NCBI GenBank assembly: GCA_963746845.1
Contig: CAVVCZ010000004.1
Coordinates: 1,024,001 to 1,088,000, forward strand
Source of the DNA: an uncultured Chloroflexia bacterium
GTDB lineage: Bacteria; Chloroflexota; Limnocylindria; Limnocylindrales; CSP1-4
DNA: 64,000 nucleotides
Direction: 5' to 3'
Position 1 is the stretch's first letter; the number at the start of each line of letters is the position of its first letter. Both the position numbers and the translations under genes were made by a program. Below the pieces are notes generated by a model, which was not told where the DNA came from, did no database searches, and was given only the letters and a program-made list of their open reading frames with translations. Of this stretch, positions 56,267 through 64,000 are shown one piece after another.

Positions 56267-57729
56267 CCGCGAACGACCGGTCCCGACGCGCGCTGACCCG
56301 GATCGTGGAGCTCGTCCCGGTCGGGCTCGTGATCATCGCCGAGGCGGCCTGGATCTCCGTCCTCGGGGGCCTGATCCAGGAGTTCACGCTGCACGACCCG
56401 CAGCTCGGGATCCCGCAGCTCGCGCTCGTCGTGGCGAGCGGGGCGGTCGTCGCTCACACGATCGGACCCCGCCTCGGGCGTCGCTGGCCCCCCGTCGCCC
56501 TCGTGCTCGTCGTCGTCGCAGGCGTCCTCGGGATGCTCGCGTCCGGCGCGTCGCGGGCCAGCCTGTCCGCAGGGATCGGACCGGCGCTCGCCGCCCATCC
56601 CGGTGGCATCCTCGCGGGACTCGCCCTCCTGCGCGGGTTCGCCCACGCCCGGCTGCCCCTCGCCGAGGGCACGCTGACCCGCCTGCTGGCGCTCGGGGCG
56701 CCCGGGCTCGCGTTCGCCGCTCTCCTCGGCGGGCTGATCGCCGAGCCGTACCGATCGTGGTTCCTCGCCGACACCCTCGTGGCGTCGATCGTCTTCGTCG
56801 GCTCGACGGTCCTGGCGCTCGCGTTCGCCCGGCTCGGGGCGATCGGGGACGATCGCGGGATCGACTGGCGCCGCAACCCGGCGTGGCTCGGGCTCACCCT
56901 GCTCCTGCTGATCGCGGCGATCGCCGCGGCCCTCCCCCTGGCCGCGGTTGCCGGCACCGCGATCCCGATCCTCGTCGGTCTCGCGTTCGGCCCCCTGATG
57001 ATCCTGGGCCTCGCCGCCGGCCTGGACCGGACCGGACGCCGGGTCCTGATCGCCCTCGGCGTCATCGTCGTGATCATCTACGTGCGGTCGCTCCTCGGCG
57101 GGGTTGGCGTGCCGCTGCCGGGGCAACCGCCGGCCGGGGGGGTGGCCGACGCGGCCAACCCGGACGCCGATCGGATGATGACGATCGGTGTCGGCGGCCT
57201 CCTGATCCTCGCAGGCGTCGCGGCCGTCCTCCTCCTCGTGGCGCTGTGGATGCGCCGGACGCACGTCGACGAGGACGACGACCTCGAGGAGACGCGGGTC
57301 GTCGATCGCGGCACGACGGATGACGGCTCGGAGCCCCGGCACCGGCGGCGGTTCGGGCGGCGGCCCGATCCCGTGGGGGCGGTCGCCGCGTATGTCACGC
57401 TGCTCGCGGATCTCGACAAGCACCCGTTCCTGCGGCGCGAAGCGGGCGAGACCCCGGCCGAGCACGCGGCCCGCCTGCGCGAGGCGGGCACGGCGGCCCT
57501 GCCCCTCGACCTGCTCGCCGCCGACTACGCCCTCGTCCGGGACGGCGGCCTCAGGCTGACGGCCGGCGAGGAACGACGGGCGGTCGAGCGCTGGCGGTCG
57601 CTCCGGCGGAGCCTGCCGCGCTGGGCCCGCGAGCACGCCGCGGTCACGGGCGCGATCGGGACAGACACGGTCGTGCCGCGCGCGGTCGAGCCGACAGAGG
57701 GCAGCCGGACGGGCGTGCGCGCGGGCTGA
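56263..57729 (+). CDS. Polytopic membrane protein with C-terminal DUF4129-like domain
   Basis: About 9 TM helices, then AYVTLL..RREAGETPAEHAARL..DYALVRDG. Confidence 0.75.
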   Translation: MTANDRSRRALTRIVELVPVGLVIIAEAAWISVLGGLIQEFTLHDPQLGIPQLALVVASGAVVAHTIGPRLGRRWPPVALVLVVVAGVLGMLASGASRASLSAGIGPALAAHPGGILAGLALLRGFAHARLPLAEGTLTRLLALGAPGLAFAALLGGLIAEPYRSWFLADTLVASIVFVGSTVLALAFARLGAIGDDRGIDWRRNPAWLGLTLLLLIAAIAAALPLAAVAGTAIPILVGLAFGPLMILGLAAGLDRTGRRVLIALGVIVVIIYVRSLLGGVGVPLPGQPPAGGVADAANPDADRMMTIGVGGLLILAGVAAVLLLVALWMRRTHVDEDDDLEETRVVDRGTTDDGSEPRHRRRFGRRPDPVGAVAAYVTLLADLDKHPFLRREAGETPAEHAARLREAGTAALPLDLLAADYALVRDGGLRLTAGEERRAVERWRSLRRSLPRWAREHAAVTGAIGTDTVVPRAVEPTEGSRTGVRAG

Positions 57730-57750
57730 CGCGGAACGGACGGGAAGGGA

Positions 57751-57826
57751 TGGTGGGCGATACTGGATTCGAACCAGTGACCCCGCGGATGTGAACCGCG
57801 TGCTCTAACCACTGAGCCAATCGCCC
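57751..57826 (-). tRNA. tRNA-Val(CAC)
   Basis: 76-nt cloverleaf GGGCGAT...ATCGCCCACCA, anticodon loop TTCACAT, T loop TTCGAAT; upstream -10 TATGAT at 57869-57864. Confidence 0.96.
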
Positions 57827-57864
57827 GGGGCGACGAGCCGCTCAGGGTCCGCCGACGCGCTCGA

Positions 57865-58146
57865 TCATACCCGCAGCCCCGGCCAGCGGGCAATGACCGC
57901 GGCCGGGTCCAGCCCGTCCACGACGATCAGCTTCTGGCGGCCCGTGGCCCCTGCGACGAGGCGGACGGACCGGCGCGGGACGGCCAGCTCGTCGGCCAGG
58001 AGGCGGAGCAGCGACTGGTTCGCCGCGCCCGCGACGGCCGGTGCCGCGACGTGCGCGCGCAGGACGCCGTCGACGACGCCGTCGACGTGGTCCGACCCGG
58101 ATCGAGGTGTCAGTCGGACGGCGAAACGGACGTCGGTGTCAGCCAG
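57865..58146 (-). CDS. DUF167/YggU family protein (apparent CTG start; missing from the ORF track)
   Basis: Manual translation LADTDVRFAVRLTPRSGSDHVDG..VAAPAVAGAANQSLLRLLADEL..VAGATGRQK; typical neighbour of yggT. Confidence 0.85.
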   Translation of the reverse strand: MADTDVRFAVRLTPRSGSDHVDGVVDGVLRAHVAAPAVAGAANQSLLRLLADELAVPRRSVRLVAGATGRQKLIVVDGLDPAAVIARWPGLRV

Positions 58147-58149
58147 GAC

Positions 58150-58392
58150 TCAGATCAACCGGAGCAGGACGGTCAGGACGATGAGCACGATCATCGGCGA
58201 CAGGTCGATCGCGCCCGTCGAGGGGAGGGCGCGGCGGACCGGGGCGAGGATCGGCTCGGTCGTCTGGAAGACGAAGGCCGTGAGCTGGGAGCGTCCGCCC
58301 GGGTCGACCCACGTCAGGAGAACGCGCCCGAGGATCAACAGCGTGAACGCGAGGAGCGCGAGCTGGATCAGGTTGCCCACGAACAGACCCAT
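58150..58392 (-). CDS. yggT: YggT family membrane protein
   Basis: LLTWVDP, TEPILAPVRR, IDLSPMI. Confidence 0.92.
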   Translation of the reverse strand: MGLFVGNLIQLALLAFTLLILGRVLLTWVDPGGRSQLTAFVFQTTEPILAPVRRALPSTGAIDLSPMIVLIVLTVLLRLI

Positions 58393-58435
58393 GATTCGAG
58401 TCTAGCAGCGATCCGTGCGCGTCCCGTCTGGCCCG

Positions 58436-59158
58436 TCAGTGCGGATGGTCGTGCACGTGCGGCCGATCTCCGAACAGCGCCCGGCCCACCCGGACGATCG
58501 TGGCGCCCTCCTCGACCGCGACCTCGAAGTCGTCGGTCATCCCCATCGAGAGCTCCCGGCCGAGCCCGGGCCACCCGCTCCTCACGCGGACGGACAGCTC
58601 GCGCAGCCCGGCGAACGTCGGCCGGGCGTCATCCGGGTGGTCGACGAGCCGCCCGACCGTCATGAGGCCGCGCACGTCGACGTGCTCGAGGCCGCGAAGC
58701 GCGGCGCCCGCAGCGTCGAGCGCCTCGGGCGCGAACCCGGACTTCGCGGGATCGCGATCGACGTTGACCTGGAGGAGCACGGGGAGCGGCACGTCCGGGC
58801 GGATCTCACCCGCGAGACGGTCGAGGCGCTCTGCGAGCTCGATCGAATCCACGGTCTGGATCATCGCGAAGGTCTCGAGCGCCCGGCGGGCCTTGTTCGA
58901 CTGGAGCGGCCCGACCAGGTGCCAGACGGCGCCGGCGATCTCGGGCGCCTTCGTCTCGGCCTCCTGGACCCGGTTCTCGCCGAGGACCGTCAGGCCGGCC
59001 TCGACGGCCGCACGGATCCGCTCGACCGGCACGGTCTTCGTGACCGCCACGAGGGTGACGCCGGCGGGGTCCCGCCGCGCGCGCGCGCAGGCACGCTCGA
59101 TCCGCTCGAGGACGTGCGCTCGTGCGTGGACGATCGCGGCGCGATCAGCCGGGTCGAT
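58436..59158 (-). CDS. yggS: PLP homeostasis protein YggS (apparent ATC start)
   Basis: LVAVTKT, GENRVQEA, WHLVGPLQSNK, LSMGMTDD, VRVGRALFG; the conserved RIERAC..RDP segment lies upstream of the first GTG. Confidence 0.93.
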   Translation of the reverse strand: MDPADRAAIVHARAHVLERIERACARARRDPAGVTLVAVTKTVPVERIRAAVEAGLTVLGENRVQEAETKAPEIAGAVWHLVGPLQSNKARRALETFAMIQTVDSIELAERLDRLAGEIRPDVPLPVLLQVNVDRDPAKSGFAPEALDAAGAALRGLEHVDVRGLMTVGRLVDHPDDARPTFAGLRELSVRVRSGWPGLGRELSMGMTDDFEVAVEEGATIVRVGRALFGDRPHVHDHPH

Positions 59159-59179
59159 GGGGCGATCCCCCGGGCGACG

Positions 59180-60421
59180 CTACTTCCGGCGGAGGAACGA
59201 AGGGATCTCGAGATCGTCCGCGTCGTACGTCGTGGGCCGCTTCGGAGCCGGGACGTCGCCGACGGTCCGCTGGACGCTGGACGGCGCCATCACCGCCGCC
59301 GCCGCCGCCGCGGCCTGGTCCGTTCGGCCGGGGTCGTTCGTGCCGTTGCCGGACTCCTGGCGCTGGCGCTCGAGCTCCTCGAGGAAGTCACGCTCGCGCG
59401 GCGCCCGGACCGACGCGTCGGCGCCGGCCGGCTGGGCCGACTGTGCATGGCGGCTGGAGTCGCGCTTGCGGCTGCCGTCGAAGCCGGTGGCGATGACGGT
59501 GATCATCACCTCTTCGCCGAGCCGCTCGTTGAAGCTCGTCCCGAAGATGATGTTCGCCTCGGGGTCCGCGGCCGCGCGGATCTCCTCGGCTGCCTCGGTG
59601 ACCTCGAACAGGCTGAGGTTCGCCGAGCCGGTGATGTTGAACAGGATCCCCTGGGCGCCGGTGATGTTGACCTCGAGGAGCGGGCTCGCGATCGCCTGGC
59701 GGGCGGCCTCGACGGCGCGGTTCTCGCCGGTCGCCCGGCCGATCCCCATCAATGCCGACCCGGCGTCCTTCATGATTGCCCGCACGTCGGCGAAGTCGAG
59801 GTTGATCAGCCCGGGCATGGTGATGATGTCGCTGATCCCCTGGACGCCCTGGCGGAGGACGTCGTCGACGACCCGGAACGCATCGATGATCGAGGTGTTC
59901 TTCTGGACGACGTCCTTCAGGCGGTCGTTCGGGATCGTGATCAGCGTGTCGACCTGGCCCTTGAGCTCCTCGGCCGCCTTCTCGGCGACGAGCTTGCGCT
60001 TGGCCCCCTCGAACGCGAACGGCTTCGTGACGACGCCGATCGTCAGCGCCCCGGCCTCCTTCGCGATCTGCGCGACGATCGGAGCGGCGCCGGAGCCCGT
60101 CCCACCGCCGAGCCCCGCGGTGATGAAGACCATGTCCGAGTCGGTGAGGGCCTCGGCGATCTTCTCGGAGTCCTCCTCCGCCGCCCGGGCACCGATCGCG
60201 CTGTCGCCGCCGGCCCCGAGGCCGCGGGTGATCTTGTCGCCGATCCGGATCTTGTGCGGCGCGTCCGACTGGAGCAGTGCCTGGGCGTCCGTGTTGCAGG
60301 CGATGAACTCGACGCCCATCATCTCCGCCCGGATCATCCGGTTGACGGCGTTGCTCCCTCCGCCACCGACGCCGATGACGCGAATCAGCGCGAAGTTCTC
60401 GGAATCGGACCGCAGCGGCAT
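59180..60421 (-). CDS. ftsZ: Cell division protein FtsZ
   Basis: [25 protein letters not shown]-terminal [10 protein letters not shown]. Confidence 0.99.
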   Translation of the reverse strand: MPLRSDSENFALIRVIGVGGGGSNAVNRMIRAEMMGVEFIACNTDAQALLQSDAPHKIRIGDKITRGLGAGGDSAIGARAAEEDSEKIAEALTDSDMVFITAGLGGGTGSGAAPIVAQIAKEAGALTIGVVTKPFAFEGAKRKLVAEKAAEELKGQVDTLITIPNDRLKDVVQKNTSIIDAFRVVDDVLRQGVQGISDIITMPGLINLDFADVRAIMKDAGSALMGIGRATGENRAVEAARQAIASPLLEVNITGAQGILFNITGSANLSLFEVTEAAEEIRAAADPEANIIFGTSFNERLGEEVMITVIATGFDGSRKRDSSRHAQSAQPAGADASVRAPRERDFLEELERQRQESGNGTNDPGRTDQAAAAAAAVMAPSSVQRTVGDVPAPKRPTTYDADDLEIPSFLRRK

Positions 60422-60556
60422 CGCCTTCCTCCGGGGCTTGTCGTGGCTCGGTTGTGACGGTCGGGCGACTTGCGTACGGCCGTCGGGTGCTCTCGCGGGT
60501 GACCGCCGAACCTCGCCCGGGGGCCGTGCCTCACGAGGGTCCGTCGGATTTGCCGG

Positions 60557-60565
60557 AGTCTACCA
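60557..60565 (-). promoter_or_regulatory. Extended -10 promoter upstream of ftsZ
   Basis: TGGTAGACT (TGn-TAGACT) about 135 nt upstream of the ftsZ ATG. Confidence 0.4.
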
Positions 60566-60691
60566 CCGGCCTGTGCGGATCGGGAGTGCCGACCCAGGCG
60601 GCCCCTGACGCCCAATACGGCATTCACCCGATGGACAGCGCGACGCGTCGGCTGCCAGCCTGCCGCCCCGGTACCGGCACTGGGACCTCGG

Positions 60692-61372
60692 GTGGAGAGA
60701 GCGCGCGTGGGACATCGACAACGGGCACCTCGGGCCGCTGCTTCGGCGCTCCTGATCGCGATGGCGATCGGGGCGGCGGGCACGACCGGCATGTCCGTCG
60801 TCCTTGCGGCCGACGCCCCGGCGGCCCTCGCGGTGAGCGGGAGCCTCCACGACGCGCACGGCGCGCCGCTTGGCGGGATCCGGCTCGTGATCGCCCAGGA
60901 GCTGCCACCGGACGGCGGTCTCGCGGGTTCCGAGGTGGTGACCGGACGCGACGGAACCTTCGTCGCGGAGCTCGCGGCGTGGGGCACGACCGACGCTCCG
61001 GCGGTCCTGACGATCCGGACGGCGCCCGGGGCGCGCGTCGAGGTGCTCGGGGCGCGCTGCAATCGGACCGTCGACGTGACGGTCGTCGACACGCGTGATG
61101 TTGCGCTGGCGAACGCGACGGCGCCGCCGCCGATCGACCTGGTCGCGGAGACGACGCTCATCGGCGAGATCTGCGGGACGACCGCGACCCCGCCCGCCGA
61201 CGCGCCGACCCACCATGCCGCCCATGTCACACCGCCGCCGACCGACACGAACCCACCGGCCATTGGGGGTCCGTCGGAGCGCCTGGCCACAGCGCTCCTC
61301 GTGGGGTTCGTCGTCGGCCTGGCGGCGGCCTTCCTCCTGCTCGTCCCTCGTCCGGGGGCACGGCGCGACTGA
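60692..61372 (+). CDS. Secreted protein with carboxypeptidase-regulatory-like domain and C-terminal PPPTD-TM-basic tail
   Basis: Signal-like N-terminus; VSGSLHDAHGAPLGGIRLVI; VTPPPTD followed by a TM helix and PRPGARRD. Confidence 0.7.
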   Translation: MERARVGHRQRAPRAAASALLIAMAIGAAGTTGMSVVLAADAPAALAVSGSLHDAHGAPLGGIRLVIAQELPPDGGLAGSEVVTGRDGTFVAELAAWGTTDAPAVLTIRTAPGARVEVLGARCNRTVDVTVVDTRDVALANATAPPPIDLVAETTLIGEICGTTATPPADAPTHHAAHVTPPPTDTNPPAIGGPSERLATALLVGFVVGLAAAFLLLVPRPGARRD

Positions 61373-61403
61373 CGGCCGTCTCGCGCGCGCTACCCGCCGG
61401 TCG

Positions 61404-61817
61404 TCAGCCGGGGATGAAGCTCAGGACCACCGTCCGGTCCGCATTGTCCGCGTTCGGGTCGAGGAGCGCGATCGACTGCCACGTCCCGAGCCCCAGCTCG
61501 CCCGCGATCACGGGAACCGTGATCGATGGGGCCGCCAGGAGTGGCAGGACGTGGTCGGCGCCATGACCGGCGGACCCGTGGCGATGACGCCAGCGGTCGT
61601 CGCGCGGAAGCAGCCGATCGAGCGCCTCGAGCGCGTCATCGTCGGAGCCGGCGCCGAGCTCGAGGATGACGACCCCGGCCGTCGCGTGCGGGACGAACAC
61701 GGACAGGAGGCCGTCGCGGCCGTCTGACGCTTCGGCGACGAACCGGCGGCAGGCGCCGGTCAGGTCTGTGAAGCCGCGCTCGGTGCCGGTGCGGACGGCC
61801 AGCCGGACATGCGTCAT
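61404..61817 (-). CDS. YjbQ/UPF0047 family protein
   Basis: FVPHATAG, WRHRHGSAGHGADH, LGTWQSI. Confidence 0.9.
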   Translation of the reverse strand: MTHVRLAVRTGTERGFTDLTGACRRFVAEASDGRDGLLSVFVPHATAGVVILELGAGSDDDALEALDRLLPRDDRWRHRHGSAGHGADHVLPLLAAPSITVPVIAGELGLGTWQSIALLDPNADNADRTVVLSFIPG

Positions 61818-62479
61818 CCGGCGGGTGACGGGACCCGCGGCCGGCCCGCCCGCCACGCCCAATCCCGCGTGCCGGAGATCCCGTCCATGCTCATCGCGAG
61901 CTCGCCCGGCCCGACGTAGAACCAGCACGTCGTCGGCCAGGTCAGCGGGCCCAGGGCGACGAGCCGGGTGAGGTCGGCGACGAGATCGTCCGGCGTCGGC
62001 GGCCGCGAGGGCGGCGTGTCGGACGGCAGGAGGATCGGCCCGGGCTCGACCGGACCCGCCTGCCGGTCACAGCCCTGGAAGACCAGCTCGAGGAGCGTCA
62101 TCTTCAGGAGGAAGCGCGAGATCCGCGGATCGGCGATGCGCCGCCCGTCGAGGTCGCTCTCGACCCACACCCGCGGATCCGGCAGATCGGTGTCCGCCTG
62201 CGAGAACCCCCACGACGCGCGGCCCTGCCGGTCCTCGAGGAACCGCCCGAGACCCGCCACGGCCTCGACCTCGGCGGGCGACCGGAGCCGGGTCTGGCGG
62301 AACGTTCCGGGCCAGCCCGCCAGGATGCCCAGGCCCGAGGCGAGGGCCGCCGGCAGCCGGATCGAGGGCGGTCCGGAGCGCGGGTCCCGGGACAGGCCGA
62401 GCCAACCCGTCAACAGTCGCGCCAGCACGTCAGGCGGCGGCTCGAGCAGCAGGTCGAGCGGGAACCGATCCACGGTCAT
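61814..62479 (-). CDS. Hypothetical protein
   Basis: ATG after GGAGG; stop overlaps the yjbQ ATG; no recognised motif. Confidence 0.55.
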   Translation of the reverse strand: MTVDRFPLDLLLEPPPDVLARLLTGWLGLSRDPRSGPPSIRLPAALASGLGILAGWPGTFRQTRLRSPAEVEAVAGLGRFLEDRQGRASWGFSQADTDLPDPRVWVESDLDGRRIADPRISRFLLKMTLLELVFQGCDRQAGPVEPGPILLPSDTPPSRPPTPDDLVADLTRLVALGPLTWPTTCWFYVGPGELAMSMDGISGTRDWAWRAGRPRVPSPAG

Positions 62480-62515
62480 CAGCTCGCAACCTCCGCGTCC
62501 ACCTGCGTGCCGTCC

Positions 62516-63748
62516 CTAGGGAAAGATGCTCCTGATCGCGTCGCGGAGCCGGCCGAGCCCACCCGACGCCGGCGCGGACTCGTAGCGCATCGGCTCGTCG
62601 GCGTCGATCGCCGACGCCCCCCACAACAGCAGCCCGACCGCCGTCGAGTAGCCGGGGTTCAGGATCGTGTCCACGAGCCCGCCGATCCCGGTCGGCGCGG
62701 CGATCCGGACGGGGATGCCGAGCACCTCGCGCCCGAGCTCCGCGGTCCCCGCCAGCTGCGCGCCGCCGCCGGTCAGGATGATCCCGGCGGGCAGCATCCC
62801 CGCGCCGCCGCGGGCCATCTCGGCCCGCATCAGCTCGAACGTCTCGCGCATCCGCGCCTCGATGATCTCGCACACCTCGAGCCGGCGGATCGTCCGGCCC
62901 GCGTCCTCGCCGAGGACGGTGACCGTGATCTCCTCGTCGTCCTCGACCGCCTCGAGATTGCACGTCCCGTGCGAGATCTTCAGCTCCTCGGCGACCTGGA
63001 GGCTCGTCTTCAGCCCGAGCGCGACGTCGTTCGTGACGTTGTTGCCGCCGATCGGGAGGACAGCCGTCCGGAACGGCGAGCCGTCCGCGAACATCGCCAG
63101 GTCGATCGTCCCGGCGCCGATGTCCGCGACCGCGACGCCGAGCTCCTTCTCCGTCTCGGACAGGACGCTGTCCGCGGAGGCGAGGGCGGACGCGACGAGC
63201 TCGTCGATCTTCACGCCGGCCGCGTTCACGCACTTCGACAGGTTCTGGACCGCGGTTGCCGCGCCCGTGACGATGTGGACCTCGACCTCGAGCCGCAGGG
63301 CGCTCATCCCGAGCGGGTCCTTGACCCCCTCCTGGCCGTCCACCTTGAACCCGCGGCGCTCGACGTGGAGCACCACCTGGTTCGACGGGATCGAGACGGC
63401 CCGGGCGACCTCGACGGCGCGGTTGACGTCCTCGCGGCTGACTTCCTTGCGCTGGCCACTGACCGCGACCTGGCCGGGCGAGTTCAGGCTCTCGACGTGC
63501 TGGCCGCCGACCGACACGAACGCGCGATCGATCTTCCAGCCCGACAGCCGCTCGGCACGCTCGACCGACTCCGCGATGGACCGCACGGTCTGGTCGATGT
63601 TGACGACGACGCCCTTCTTCAAGCCGGACGAGGCGACGGTCCCGTGGCCCATGATCGTCATCCGGCCGTCGCGGCTGACCTCGCCGATCAGCGTGCAGAC
63701 CTTCGACGTGCCGACGTCGATCCCGACGAGGACCGCTTCTCTCTCCAC
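62516..63748 (-). CDS. ftsA: Cell division protein FtsA
   Basis: GIDVGTSKV, GLKKGVVVNI, DIGAGT, AEELKISHG, LTGGGAQL. Confidence 0.97.
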   Translation of the reverse strand: MEREAVLVGIDVGTSKVCTLIGEVSRDGRMTIMGHGTVASSGLKKGVVVNIDQTVRSIAESVERAERLSGWKIDRAFVSVGGQHVESLNSPGQVAVSGQRKEVSREDVNRAVEVARAVSIPSNQVVLHVERRGFKVDGQEGVKDPLGMSALRLEVEVHIVTGAATAVQNLSKCVNAAGVKIDELVASALASADSVLSETEKELGVAVADIGAGTIDLAMFADGSPFRTAVLPIGGNNVTNDVALGLKTSLQVAEELKISHGTCNLEAVEDDEEITVTVLGEDAGRTIRRLEVCEIIEARMRETFELMRAEMARGGAGMLPAGIILTGGGAQLAGTAELGREVLGIPVRIAAPTGIGGLVDTILNPGYSTAVGLLLWGASAIDADEPMRYESAPASGGLGRLRDAIRSIFP

Positions 63749-63771
63749 GTTCGTCGTCCGTGCCTCCTGGG

Positions 63772-64000
63772 TTAGACGAAGTGACGCCGGATCAGCGCCA
63801 CGTTGTTGAAGATCCGGAACCCGAAGTTGATCAGCGCCACCAGGTAGAGGTCGATGCTGAGGCGGTCGCCGATGAAGGTGAGGATGACCGCCACGATCGC
63901 ATTCGTGACGAACCCGCTGATGAAGATCCGATTGTCGTAGACGCCGTCGAGCTCGGCTCGGACGGCCCCGAGCACCGAATCGAGCGCTGCGAGGATCGCC
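63772..64000 (-). CDS. sbp: Small basic protein Sbp (DUF1290), 3' part
   Basis: AILAALDSVLGAVRA..FISGFVTN..GDRLSIDLY..RIFNNVALIRR; upstream of ftsA. Confidence 0.88.
   Translation of the reverse strand, partial: AILAALDSVLGAVRAELDGVYDNRIFISGFVTNAIVAVILTFIGDRLSIDLYLVALINFGFRIFNNVALIRRHFV

Noticed and set aside
57730-57826. tRNA-Val as an integration site
   Set aside because: No duplicated 3' end, integrase or compositional shift nearby.

Overview
A very GC-rich, core-genome chromosomal window with no recognisable mobile elements or CRISPR arrays. Gene style and content (sbp next to ftsA, CIRCE, lipoprotein peptide transporters, leaderless promoters) suggest a monoderm bacterium, most likely Chloroflexota, possibly Limnocylindria-like; this is inference. 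Contents in order: pcrA (partial), an LppX-like lipoprotein, a secreted surface protein, CIRCE-controlled groES-groEL, tatD, a VOC protein, metG, DUF1269, a long purine operon (purA-D-B-C-S-Q-L-F-M plus a purN-purH fusion) preceded by a 6S-like structured RNA, a HAMP-GGDEF-HD-GYP protein, ssb, cax, rsmI, a two-subunit NAD synthetase, two convergent Dpp/Opp ABC operons, an ECF sigma/ZAS anti-sigma pair, gcvT-H-PA-PB, a Nudix hydrolase, DUF2520, acnA, moxR-DUF58-DUF4129, tRNA-Val(CAC), DUF167-yggT-yggS-ftsZ, yjbQ, ftsA and sbp (partial). Most notable: a shared VT(I/P)PPTD-TM-basic C-terminal sorting signal on two unrelated secreted proteins; a circularly permuted family-5 solute-binding protein; a MetRS with HIGH replaced by GVHT and a switch-like structured leader; three conserved genes with no canonical start codon, each in frame with the upstream gene's stop; and a 6S-like RNA with terminator upstream of the pur operon.
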